Positions 26,943 through 35,787 of a stretch of DNA of 64,000 bases are shown in pieces. The stretch is from Verrucomicrobiia bacterium (GTDB taxonomy: Bacteria; Verrucomicrobiota; Verrucomicrobiia; JABWAM01): the NCBI GenBank assembly GCA_028687435.1, contig JAQUAF010000022.1, positions 398-64,397 on the forward strand. Reading direction: 5' to 3'. Made by a program: the position numbers and the translations under genes. The notes beneath the pieces were generated by a model. The model worked only from the letters and a program-made list of their open reading frames with translations. It was not told the DNA's origin and made no database searches. Every line of letters starts with the position of its first letter. The first letter of the stretch is position 1.

Positions 26943-27896
26943 ATGAGCTGTCCATGCAAATATGTTTTTGGTCCCGTACCCTCGCGCCGGCTGGGACGAT
27001 CACTGGGGCTGGATTTGGTTCCTTTCAAAACCTGCACCTTCGATTGTCTTTATTGCCAGTTGGGGCGGACCACAGACTTGACGGTCAAGCGCAAGCCTTA
27101 TGTGCCGTCCCAAGCTGTTTTGGAGGAATTGGACCGGTATCTGAAGACGGGCATTCGTCCCGATTACATCACTTTCTCGGGATCCGGCGAGCCGACTTTG
27201 AATTCCGATCTGGGATGCCTGATTGCCGCCGTCAAGCGGCGGACACGCATCCCGGTGGCTGTCCTGACCAACGCATCTCTTCTATGGAAGCCCGCGGTGA
27301 GGGACGCCCTTGCCGCCGCGGATGTGGTTTTACCCTCGTTGTCGGCGGGGAACAGCAGGATTTTTCATTTGGTGAACCGTCCGCATTCTGATTTGAAGTA
27401 CGGCCTGATGCTGGAGGGATTGTTGAAATTCGCCCATCAATTCAAGGGGAAAATATGGTTTGAGGTGTTCCTGTTGAAAGGCATTACCAGCATGGAAAAA
27501 GAGGTTGAAAGACTGGCGAAGGTGGCCCGAAAAATCAATCCGTCGCGGATCCAGCTCAATACGGTGATTCGCCCGCCCAGCGATCCCCTGGCGAAGCCCG
27601 TTTCCACCGAAAAGATGAGGCATCTGGCGTTTCAATTCGGACGCAATGCGGAAATTCTTCCGGATTTTCATGCCTCCCGCGGATCAAAAAGCCGGACGGG
27701 AGAAGCAACCGGGATAAAAGCCTTGCTTGGACGCCGGCCCTGCACCCTTTCCGACATCGCCCAAGGTCTTCATATCAGCCATTCCGAAGCGCTTAAAATC
27801 CTGGGAAAATTGATTGAACAAAAATCCGTTGTTTCGAAAAGACAGAATGGACAGGCGTTTTTTACAACCATCGGCGCACAGGGGGAAAACCGTTGA
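26943..27896 (+). CDS. radical SAM protein
   Basis: GPVPSRRLGRSLGLDLVPFKTCTFDCLYCQLG (CxxxCxxC). GSGEPTL. Probable C-terminal winged-helix region. Confidence 0.8.
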   Translation: MSCPCKYVFGPVPSRRLGRSLGLDLVPFKTCTFDCLYCQLGRTTDLTVKRKPYVPSQAVLEELDRYLKTGIRPDYITFSGSGEPTLNSDLGCLIAAVKRRTRIPVAVLTNASLLWKPAVRDALAAADVVLPSLSAGNSRIFHLVNRPHSDLKYGLMLEGLLKFAHQFKGKIWFEVFLLKGITSMEKEVERLAKVARKINPSRIQLNTVIRPPSDPLAKPVSTEKMRHLAFQFGRNAEILPDFHASRGSKSRTGEATGIKALLGRRPCTLSDIAQGLHISHSEALKILGKLIEQKSVVSKRQNGQAFFTTIGAQGENR

Positions 27897-28339
27897 ATTT
27901 GAAACCCTCCGCCAGACGTCTGACGGCTTTGAGACACAAACATCACAAGGATTGTGTGATATGCGGTTCCGCAAACACAGGCGGATTGGGGCTTCGATGC
28001 CGGGTTCAACGGGATGGCGGCGTCGCCGCTTTTTTCACCGGGAGCCGTTTGTTGCAGGGATATGATGGATGGCTGCATGGCGGAGTCATTGCCGCCCTTT
28101 TGGACAGCGCCATGACCCACTGCCTTTTTGCCCATGGCTGCCCTGCGCCCACGGCCGAACTTCAAGTGCGTTACAGCCATCCGGTGAGGGCCGGCCGGCG
28201 GATGCGCGTGTCCGCCCGCATCGTCCAGTCAAAACATCCGCTTCATGTCCTTGCGGCCGAGCTTTGCCAGGACGGACAAGTCAAGGCCCGGGCTTCCGGG
28301 AAATTTGTGGCGAAGAGTCTTTCCGGATTGAAGACGTGA
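27893..28339 (+). CDS. PaaI-family hotdog-fold thioesterase
   Basis: CVICG zinc-ribbon-like N-terminus and GWLHGGVIAALLDSAMTH. TTG start overlapping the upstream stop (TTGA). Confidence 0.7.
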   Translation: MNLKPSARRLTALRHKHHKDCVICGSANTGGLGLRCRVQRDGGVAAFFTGSRLLQGYDGWLHGGVIAALLDSAMTHCLFAHGCPAPTAELQVRYSHPVRAGRRMRVSARIVQSKHPLHVLAAELCQDGQVKARASGKFVAKSLSGLKT

Positions 28340-28562
28340 TTTTTGACCCGGTTTTGAGGGCAGGGAGAAGGATGGGGAATAGGAAATTTGTCTCCGAAAA
28401 CATCCGTTTTGTCATGAAAAACGCGGCATGTTTTTGATCGTGCCAAAAATCCAAAGCGGAAAATCCTGTTAAAGTCCGCCGGTTTCGTCTAGAAACTCCG
28501 AACGCCCGATTCTTTGAGCCGCCGATCGGCGGCCGGGAGAAACGCGACTGTTTATTTTTGCC

Positions 28563-29975
28563 ATGGAGCCATTTTCAAATTCATCGTCGAATGTTTCCGT
28601 TCGAAAAACGGGGCATCCCGAAACCGGCCTGACCCAGATTATTCTGGAAAGCGTTTCCGACGGAGTTTTTACCATTGATCATGACTGGCGGATCACCTCG
28701 TTCAACCGCGCCGCAGAGGAAATCACCGGCATTCCCCGCCGGGAGGCGGTGGGCAGGCGTTGTTCGGAGGTTTTCCGATCAAGCATGTGCGAGGCTGATT
28801 GCGCCCTTCGTCACACGATGAAATGCCGGCGTCCGGTGGTTCATCGCGCGGCTTACATCATCGACGCGTGCGGACGGCGCGTTCCCATCAGCCTTTCCAC
28901 GGCGGTGCTGCGGGATGGGCGCGGAAAAATCATCGGCGGCGTGGAAACTTTCCGGGATTTGAGCGCGCTGGAGGAATTGCGCAAGGAATTGGAGGGGCGG
29001 TTTGAAATCGGCGACCTGGCCAGCCGGAGCGTCAAGCTTCGGAAAATTCTGGAGATCCTGCCCCAGATCGCGGCCGCCGACAGCGCCGTTCTGATCGAGG
29101 GCGAAACCGGCGTCGGCAAGGAAATTGTGGCCCGGGCCATCCATGCCGCCAGCCCGCGGCGGGACAAGCCGTTTGTGGCGGTCAATGCCGGCGCGTTGCC
29201 CGACGCCCTTGTCGAATCGGAACTTTTCGGTTACAAGGCCGGCGCGTTCACCGGCGCCACAAAGGACAAGCCCGGACGCTTTGCCGCCGCGGAAGGCGGC
29301 ACCCTGTTTCTGGATGAAATCGGCGAAATCAGCCCGGCCATGCAGGTGCGCCTGCTGCGTGTCCTGCAAAACAAAATTTACGAACCGCTGGGCGCCAACC
29401 AAAGCGTCAAGGCCAATGTTCGCATCATCGCTGCGACCAATCGAAACCTGCCCGCGATGGTCAAAAGCGGCGCGTTCCGCCAGGATCTGTATTACCGCCT
29501 CAATGTCGTGCATCTGCGCCTGCCTCCGTTGCGGGAGCGCAAGGAGGACATCCCCTTGCTGGTCGAACGGTTTATCGCCCATTTCAACCGCCTGCGAAAC
29601 AAAAACGTCAGGGAAACCAGCCCTGAAACCATGGCGGTGTTGATGGCCCACGATTATCCAGGCAATGTCCGGGAACTGGAAAACATCATCGAACATGCCT
29701 TTATCCTGTGCGACAAGGAAACCATCGAACTTCGCCATCTGCCCGAACATTTTTATTCCCGGGGCGGGGAAGGTTTGGACCGCCAGGGAATAGCCGGTTT
29801 TGTCCGGGTTGTGGAAGCCCAGGCCATTCGCGAAGCCATCCAGCGTCATCACGGCAGCCGGCTGGAGGCGGCTCGGGCCTTGGGCATGCACAAAAGCACG
29901 CTCTTTCGCAAACTCAAGGCGCTGGGAATTGTTCCTCCGTCCAAGAGCGCGGAGTCGCGCAAAAGCGACCATTGA
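28563..29975 (+). CDS. sigma-54-dependent transcriptional activator (PAS - AAA+ - Fis HTH)
   Basis: PAS ([22 protein letters not shown]). Walker [22 protein letters not shown] sigma-54 contact motif. C-terminal [13 protein letters not shown]. Confidence 0.9.
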   Translation: MEPFSNSSSNVSVRKTGHPETGLTQIILESVSDGVFTIDHDWRITSFNRAAEEITGIPRREAVGRRCSEVFRSSMCEADCALRHTMKCRRPVVHRAAYIIDACGRRVPISLSTAVLRDGRGKIIGGVETFRDLSALEELRKELEGRFEIGDLASRSVKLRKILEILPQIAAADSAVLIEGETGVGKEIVARAIHAASPRRDKPFVAVNAGALPDALVESELFGYKAGAFTGATKDKPGRFAAAEGGTLFLDEIGEISPAMQVRLLRVLQNKIYEPLGANQSVKANVRIIAATNRNLPAMVKSGAFRQDLYYRLNVVHLRLPPLRERKEDIPLLVERFIAHFNRLRNKNVRETSPETMAVLMAHDYPGNVRELENIIEHAFILCDKETIELRHLPEHFYSRGGEGLDRQGIAGFVRVVEAQAIREAIQRHHGSRLEAARALGMHKSTLFRKLKALGIVPPSKSAESRKSDH

Positions 29976-30044
29976 GAATCCGGATGGCGCGTTTTTGAGA
30001 CTGCGCCGCACGGGCAAACGCTCCAAGGGGGGGGGTTGTCCTTC

Positions 30045-30060
30045 TGGCATCCCGATTGCT
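30045..30060 (+). promoter_or_regulatory. sigma-54 promoter candidate for the aldolase gene
   Basis: TGGCAT-CCCGA-TTGCT, the closest match to TGGCAC-N5-TTGCW. Lies 70 nt after the activator stop and 44 nt before ATG 30104. Confidence 0.65.
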
Positions 30061-30103
30061 TGTGATCTGGAAGCACAAGGGCTTTTGCGCCCTGCCATGA
30101 AAT

Positions 30104-31099
30104 ATGACCATTGAAAACCAGCAATTGCGCGGCAGCAAGGGATGGGTGACCTACCGTCCCGAACTGAAGGTGTTGGACTGCACCATTCGAGACGGTGGAT
30201 TGATGAACAATCACCATTTTGACGAAAAATTGATCCATGCGGTTTATGAGGCGTGCGACGAGGCCGGGGTTGATTACATGGAGGCCGGATACAAGGCGTC
30301 CAAAAAAATCTTTTCCCCGGAAAAATTTGGCGCATGGAAATTTTGCGAGGAGGACGACCTCCGGCGGATGGCCGGCGACAAACAACGGGCGGTCAGGATT
30401 TCCGTGATGGCCGACGCCGGCCGCACCAATTATCACACGGACATTCTGCCCAGGGAAAAAAGCGCGATCAGTCTGATTCGCGTGGCCGCTTATGCGAACC
30501 AGATTCCGGCGGCAATCGACCTGATCAAGGACGCGCATGACAAAGGATATGAAACCACGGTCAATCTCATGGCCATTTCCGCAATCAAGGATTGGGAATT
30601 GGATGAGGCGCTGGAAAGCCTGGCAAGCTCCCCGGTTGGGGCGCTTTATCTGGTGGACAGCTTTGGTTCGCTTTACAGCGAACAAATAGCTTTTCTGACC
30701 CAGAAATATCTTAAAGTTGCCAGGGCGGCCGGAAAGGAGGTGGGGATCCATACGCATGACAATCTCCAACTGGCGTATGCCAACACCATTGAAGCGATCA
30801 TTCAGGGCGCCAACTGGGCGGATGCCAGCATGGCGGGCCTTGGCCGGGGTTCGGGCAATTGCCGGATGGAACTGCTTCTGAGTTTCCTGCACAATCCCAA
30901 ATTCCGCCTGCGGCCCGTGTTGAGCTGCGTTCAGGAGCATGTGGAGCCCATGCGCGAAAAATTGCGCTGGGGATTCGGCATTCCCTATCTTGTCACCGGC
31001 CACCTGAACCTTCATCCGCGCGCCGCCATGGAATTCATGGAAGGCGCAAACAACAGGGATATCGTGAAATTCTACGATGCCACAATGGAAGAGGAATAG
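30104..31099 (+). CDS. HMGL-like / pyruvate carboxyltransferase (DRE-TIM) family aldolase
   Basis: VLDCTIRDGG, LVDSFGSLY, GIHTHDNLQLAYANT. Family-level call only. Confidence 0.75.
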   Translation: MTIENQQLRGSKGWVTYRPELKVLDCTIRDGGLMNNHHFDEKLIHAVYEACDEAGVDYMEAGYKASKKIFSPEKFGAWKFCEEDDLRRMAGDKQRAVRISVMADAGRTNYHTDILPREKSAISLIRVAAYANQIPAAIDLIKDAHDKGYETTVNLMAISAIKDWELDEALESLASSPVGALYLVDSFGSLYSEQIAFLTQKYLKVARAAGKEVGIHTHDNLQLAYANTIEAIIQGANWADASMAGLGRGSGNCRMELLLSFLHNPKFRLRPVLSCVQEHVEPMREKLRWGFGIPYLVTGHLNLHPRAAMEFMEGANNRDIVKFYDATMEEE

Positions 31100-31176
31100 A
31101 TCTGAATTCCCGCCCAATCCAATCCCCAAACCGTTTTCTCATTGTTTTTTCGGCTGAACCCAACCATGAATAAAAC

Positions 31177-31509
31177 ATGAATCGGAAAGATTTTCGCAAT
31201 GAAAATCAGGACGCAAAGGGACGCCTTTTCACGGGCATCTTCCTTTTGGCGATTTTTCTGTCCCTTCTCCTGGCGTCGATTTCCCCGCAGATTCACAAGT
31301 TTCTTCACAAGGAAGCCGGGCTGCCCGGCCATCATTGCGGTGTCACGCTGGTTCTGTCGGGCGCCGCCGAGGCGTCCTCATCGATTGTTCATGTCGCGGG
31401 CGCGGCTTTTGCCGGCTTGATTTCCGCCGGCTGGATGGACGCCCCGGTCTGCCTGTCCGTTTTTCTATCAACTGGAATTGTCGAGCACGCCCCTCCCTTC
31501 CCGGTCTGA
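31177..31509 (+). CDS. small membrane protein with HxxxH...HxC(G/A)VTLxLSGxAEA...EHAPP motifs (paralogue of 47866-48219)
   Basis: One N-terminal TM helix. IHKFLHKEAGLPGHHCGVTLVLSGAAEA and IVEHAPPFP are shared with the second copy. Confidence 0.5.
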   Translation: MNRKDFRNENQDAKGRLFTGIFLLAIFLSLLLASISPQIHKFLHKEAGLPGHHCGVTLVLSGAAEASSSIVHVAGAAFAGLISAGWMDAPVCLSVFLSTGIVEHAPPFPV

Positions 31510-31606
31510 GTCCCTAAAGTCCGTTGTCGTTGATCGTTTTTGCCGGAATCGCCTTTATCCGGATTGGGTATCCCGGCATGATGAGTTTCAATCCCAAACA
31601 GAAATC

Positions 31607-32497
31607 ATGCGTAAAAATCATCCATCCTTTTTTCTTTTCATGACGGGCGCCCTGACGCGATCCGTCTTCTGCGGTCTCTGCCTGCTTGCCGCCGGTTGCG
31701 CCAACACCATGAACAGCGGAACAAACATTTCAGCGCCGCAAATGGCTGGAGTGCTGCTTGATCCGGGACATGGGGGAACGCCCGAGGAGACCGCCGGGCA
31801 ACGTGGCCTAAGATACGCTTCACTGGGCAAAAGGGACAAACGCGGCTTGTCAGAGGAATGTTATGGGGCAATCGCCGAAAACGGGTACATGGAAAAAACC
31901 GCCGCCCTGGCGGTTGCGCGCAAAGTCGGCGCCCTCCTGGAACAACAGGGAGTCCCCTCCTCCCTCACCCGCATGGGGGATTCTTATCTGACGCTCGATG
32001 AACGTTCGGCCATGGCGCAGGATCCCCGGCATCGGGACTGGATTTTTGTCAGCATTCATTTCAACCGGAGTTCACGACGACAGCGGGCGGTCAATCTCAA
32101 GGCCAGCCAGCGCGCTCCGGAAGGATTCGAAATCTATATTTTGCCGCGGGAAGGCGGACGCTCTTCTCAAGGCCGCCGCGCCTCCGCCCGATGTCAGACG
32201 GTCAATCGAACCCGGGACGCAAACCGGATGCTGGCGGAAAGCATTGCGTCGGAAATGGCGAAGATCCCCGGCGTGACAAACCGGGGGATCAAAACAGCCT
32301 GGTTTGTCGTATTGCGCGGCAGCCCGCTCCCTTCGATTCTGGTCGAGGGGGGATTCATGTCCAATCCGGAAGAGGCGCGCCTGATAGCCTCCGACGACCA
32401 TCAATGGAAACTGGCCCGGGCGATTGCGCGGGGCATTCTCAATTACCGGTTGAAAACCAATGAAATGACCTGCGCCCTGGCGACGCTTCCACACTGA
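31607..32497 (+). CDS. N-acetylmuramoyl-L-alanine amidase (Amidase_3), lipoprotein
   Basis: Lipobox LLAAGC. LLDPGHGG. FVSIHFNRS. ILVEGGFMSNPEEARLI. ATG 31607 within the longer listed ORF. Confidence 0.8.
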   Translation: MRKNHPSFFLFMTGALTRSVFCGLCLLAAGCANTMNSGTNISAPQMAGVLLDPGHGGTPEETAGQRGLRYASLGKRDKRGLSEECYGAIAENGYMEKTAALAVARKVGALLEQQGVPSSLTRMGDSYLTLDERSAMAQDPRHRDWIFVSIHFNRSSRRQRAVNLKASQRAPEGFEIYILPREGGRSSQGRRASARCQTVNRTRDANRMLAESIASEMAKIPGVTNRGIKTAWFVVLRGSPLPSILVEGGFMSNPEEARLIASDDHQWKLARAIARGILNYRLKTNEMTCALATLPH

Positions 32498-32533
32498 CAC
32501 GATCCGCGATCAACCCTGAAATATTTTTAATTT

Positions 32534-33913
32534 ATGAAAAAAACCATCCACCCAAAAATCACCCCGGTTGTTTTAATGTTTCTCATCCTTGCCGCGCTTT
32601 CGTTTGTTTGCGCGGAACAGGCTTTTGCCCAGGAGATCAATCCCAAATACATCTTCCTGTTCATCGGAGACGGCATGGGGGAACTCCAGGCCGAGGCGGC
32701 CGAAAAAGCCCTGTGCAAGAACGGAGAAAAACTGGCCTTCAGGGCCTTTCCCGTCCAAGGCTGGCAGCAAACGGCGTCCGCCAACAGCAAGGTCACCGAT
32801 TCCTCCGCGGCGGCAACCGCGCTGGCCTGCGGCGTGCGCACCAACAACGGCATGCTGGGAATCGCGCCGGACGGCAAACCCGTCGAATCCATCGCGTCCC
32901 AACTCCATGCCGAAGGCTGGAAGATCGGCATTCTCACCAGTGTCAGCATCGACCACGCCACGCCCGCTGGATTTTACGCCCACGAGGGAAGCCGGGGAAG
33001 CTACCCCTTGATCGCCAAAACCATGGCCGAATCGCCCTTTGAATTCTTCGGCGGCGGCGGAATGCTGGGACAAAAAAGCGCCGACAAAAATGCCGCGGAA
33101 GACAACCTGCAACTGGCGCAAAGCAAGGGCTTCATCCTGGCCAGAACCCGCGATGCGCTGGCAGCCCTCGCGCCGGGACAGCGCGTTTTCGCGTTCAACC
33201 ATCGTCTGGCCGGCGCCGCCTCCCTGCCATGGGTCAGCGAATCGCAACCCGATGACGTGCGGCTCGCCGAATTCACGGCCGCCGGCATCCGTCAGCTCAA
33301 GGACAAATCCTTTTTCATGATGGTCGAAGGCGGAAAAATCGACTGGGCCTGCCACGCCAACGATCTCGGCACGGTCGTGCGCGAAGTGGAGGGATTCAAC
33401 GATGCAATCAAGGAGGCCGCGGCTTTTGCCAGGGAACATCCCCGGGAAACCCTGATTCTGGCGACCGCCGACCATGAAACCGGAGGGCTCCAACGGCTTG
33501 AGGCTCCGGGAACCGCCCCCGCCTGTCTCCTTCGGCAAACCATGAGCGGCGAAAAATTCACCGCCAACATGAAAAAGCTGATCAAGGAAAAAGCCGGCCT
33601 GGACATGGTTTTGCGGGAAGTCGGCGTTTCCTACGGATTGGACAACTTGAGCGCCAGGGAGAAATCCGCCATTGAACAAGCGTTGAACGACGCCCTGTCG
33701 GGCGTGGAAAAAACCAGCCTCTACGGCAAAGCCAATCCCATCGCCGTGGTCGCATCCCAACTGATTGCCGCCCGCGCCGGTTATAAATTCACCTCCGGCG
33801 GACATAGCGGCGCCAATGTCCCGGTTTATGCCACGGGCGCAGGCGCGGAAAAGTTCGCCGGAACCTATGACAACACCGAAATTTACGCCCGCATTCGCGC
33901 CCTCACGCGCTGA
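32534..33913 (+). CDS. phoA: alkaline phosphatase (PhoA family)
   Basis: Signal peptide. FIGDGMG. TDSSAAATALACGVRTNNG (active-site Ser). SIDHATPAGFYAH. TADHETGG. Confidence 0.85.
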   Translation: MKKTIHPKITPVVLMFLILAALSFVCAEQAFAQEINPKYIFLFIGDGMGELQAEAAEKALCKNGEKLAFRAFPVQGWQQTASANSKVTDSSAAATALACGVRTNNGMLGIAPDGKPVESIASQLHAEGWKIGILTSVSIDHATPAGFYAHEGSRGSYPLIAKTMAESPFEFFGGGGMLGQKSADKNAAEDNLQLAQSKGFILARTRDALAALAPGQRVFAFNHRLAGAASLPWVSESQPDDVRLAEFTAAGIRQLKDKSFFMMVEGGKIDWACHANDLGTVVREVEGFNDAIKEAAAFAREHPRETLILATADHETGGLQRLEAPGTAPACLLRQTMSGEKFTANMKKLIKEKAGLDMVLREVGVSYGLDNLSAREKSAIEQALNDALSGVEKTSLYGKANPIAVVASQLIAARAGYKFTSGGHSGANVPVYATGAGAEKFAGTYDNTEIYARIRALTR

Positions 33914-33981
33914 AACCCCTTTTTGCGCTTCGGGAGCGGTCTTGCAAAACTACGATTCATGAAAATCTCCAAAGGACCGCG

Positions 33982-35019
33982 ATGATTGAATCATCACGCA
34001 TGGCCGGCTTTGCCCTGTTGGTTGCCGGGGGAACCCTGGGCGGCTGCTGGGCTGTTCCCAGCAAATGGATGCGCCATTACAAGCTGGAACAATGGCTCTT
34101 CATCATGGCCTTGTGCGGCCAGCTCGCGTTGCCGTGGGCGGCGACGTTTCTCCTTTGCCCAAACGCGACGGAAGCGCTGCGCTCCGTGTCCCCGGCCGTT
34201 CTGGCAAAGGCCAATGGTTTTTCCGCCGTCTGGGGGGCGGCAAACGCGATGTTTGGAATGTGTCTTGCGCGCATAGGATTCAGCCTCACGGCGGGAATCA
34301 TGGCGGGCATCGGGTTGCCGTTGGGGGTTCTTGTGCCAATGGTTTTGAAAGGCAGCGGCAAGTTTGCCGACGCCCCTTCGCCGGCATCCTCCGCGGGCAT
34401 GATCGTTCTGCTGGCCATGGCGGTGATGCTGGCGGGCTTTTTTCTGGCGGCGCTCGCGGGACATGAAAGGGAAAAAGCCAGCATCAAGCCGTCCGCCGGA
34501 AATTTTGCGACAGGATTGATTCTGGCGGTGGGAGTGGGCGTTTTTCAGATCGGCTTGTCCTTTGCCTTTGTTTACTCGCAGGGCCCCATCATGGCGGCGC
34601 TTGCCGGGCACGGCGCCGGGCAGGCAGGCGCCACCATCGGGGTTTGGGCTTTGACCATGCCTGGAGGCGCCATCGTCAACATCATTTTTGCGGCCTGTCT
34701 TCTGTCGCGGAAAAACGGCTGGCGGATCATGATTGAGTCGCCGCGGGATCTTGGATTGGGTTTTCTGATCGGTTTGATCTTTTTCGTCATCATCATCTGC
34801 ATGGGAATGGGAATGTGTTTGATCGGTCCGCTGGGCGCGTCGGTGGGATTTGGCGTTCTGCAGGCATTCCAACTCATTTCCTCGCAGGCGGCGGGCGTCC
34901 TGCTGGGCGAATGGAAAGGGGCTGGCGCCCGTCCCCAATTGCGCATGAAATGGGCGGTGGCCCTGATGCTTGCCGCCGTGCTGATCCTGTCGCTGGCCAG
35001 GGCGGATTCATCCCCTTGA
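33982..35019 (+). CDS. 10-TM transporter, RhaT (L-rhamnose-proton symporter)-like
   Basis: 345-aa polytopic membrane protein. N-terminus (VPSKWMRHYKLEQW...LPWAATFLLCPN) resembles RhaT as I remember it. Substrate unknown. Confidence 0.5.
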   Translation: MIESSRMAGFALLVAGGTLGGCWAVPSKWMRHYKLEQWLFIMALCGQLALPWAATFLLCPNATEALRSVSPAVLAKANGFSAVWGAANAMFGMCLARIGFSLTAGIMAGIGLPLGVLVPMVLKGSGKFADAPSPASSAGMIVLLAMAVMLAGFFLAALAGHEREKASIKPSAGNFATGLILAVGVGVFQIGLSFAFVYSQGPIMAALAGHGAGQAGATIGVWALTMPGGAIVNIIFAACLLSRKNGWRIMIESPRDLGLGFLIGLIFFVIIICMGMGMCLIGPLGASVGFGVLQAFQLISSQAAGVLLGEWKGAGARPQLRMKWAVALMLAAVLILSLARADSSP

Positions 35020-35123
35020 TCGAAACAACAGTCGCGCAAAAGCGACTCCCCTCCCGGTCTGTATCGCAACCATGCAACCCCAAAAGACATTCATGCGTCC
35101 ATTCCCTCTTTCCGCCACGCGAC

Positions 35124-35720
35124 ATGCCGGAAAAACGGCGTTTTGGCATTCCGGCTGCTTGGGATTCCATCGTGAAAATTGACACGCCTGCCCATATCAA
35201 ACGCCGGTTTGCGGATTCCCTGTTTGCGTGGGGCCGCAGGCTGTCGGAAAACAATCTGATGGGGCCGCATTCCGATGGGCTTTGCGGCAGTCTCAGTTAT
35301 CGGCATGCCTTGGGCATGGTCATCACTTCCCCCCCGGCCCGGATGGATCGGCTGAGCGATCACGATCTGCGTTTCATCGAGGTGCTGAAACTCCAGCAGG
35401 ATGGCGGAGGCGTTTTGACCTCGAAACCGCCGGACGCCATCCAGTCATGCCACGCCCTTGCGTATCAATCCCAGGGCGGGGTTATTTTTGTCTTCCATGT
35501 CATTGACCCGCGTCTTGAGAAAGCCGCAACCAAGGTTGGTTTGATTGCCATTGATTCCGATCCAGCCGCCAACCCATCCTGTTTTCAGGCCGAATTTGAA
35601 ACCCAACTGGCCAGATGCAATGTGATCGCGGTCCGCAATCGGGGCGTTTTTTCGCTTGGTTGCACCGCTGAGGATGCGGGAGAACAAATCATGAGGCTTT
35701 GCTTGAAACTGAAAACTTGA
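35124..35720 (+). CDS. class II aldolase/adducin-fold protein with degenerate metal site
   Basis: GSLSYRHALGMVITSPPARMDRL aligns by eye to FucA GNVSVRYQDGMLITPTG, and AYQSQGGVIFVFHV to AYQSRPDANAVVHNH. ATG 35124 chosen because the ORF overlaps the previous gene upstream of it. Confidence 0.5.
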   Translation: MPEKRRFGIPAAWDSIVKIDTPAHIKRRFADSLFAWGRRLSENNLMGPHSDGLCGSLSYRHALGMVITSPPARMDRLSDHDLRFIEVLKLQQDGGGVLTSKPPDAIQSCHALAYQSQGGVIFVFHVIDPRLEKAATKVGLIAIDSDPAANPSCFQAEFETQLARCNVIAVRNRGVFSLGCTAEDAGEQIMRLCLKLKT

Positions 35721-35787
35721 TTCCCTTGCATTTTCACTCAACCGCCCATTCAAAAACAATGGGATGAAAATCCGGCTGCAATAAACC

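Noticed and set aside
28518-28533. Perfect 16-bp palindrome GCCGCCGATCGGCGGC upstream of the activator gene as an operator
   Set aside because: An isolated GC-rich palindrome with no second copy in the window and no obvious cognate regulator. It could equally be a stem-loop. Insufficient evidence.
28779-30335. 518-aa ORF antisense to the sigma-54 activator
   Set aside because: Shadow frame of a gene with unambiguous AAA+/GAFTGA motifs. Low-complexity composition.
32573-33805. 410-aa ORF antisense to the alkaline phosphatase gene. Similar long antisense or off-frame ORFs occur at 38910-40121, 41011-41976, 2203-3246, 9544-10413 and 9783-10652.
   Set aside because: All overlap confidently called genes on the other strand or frame, and their translations are Gly/Arg/Pro-rich without domains.
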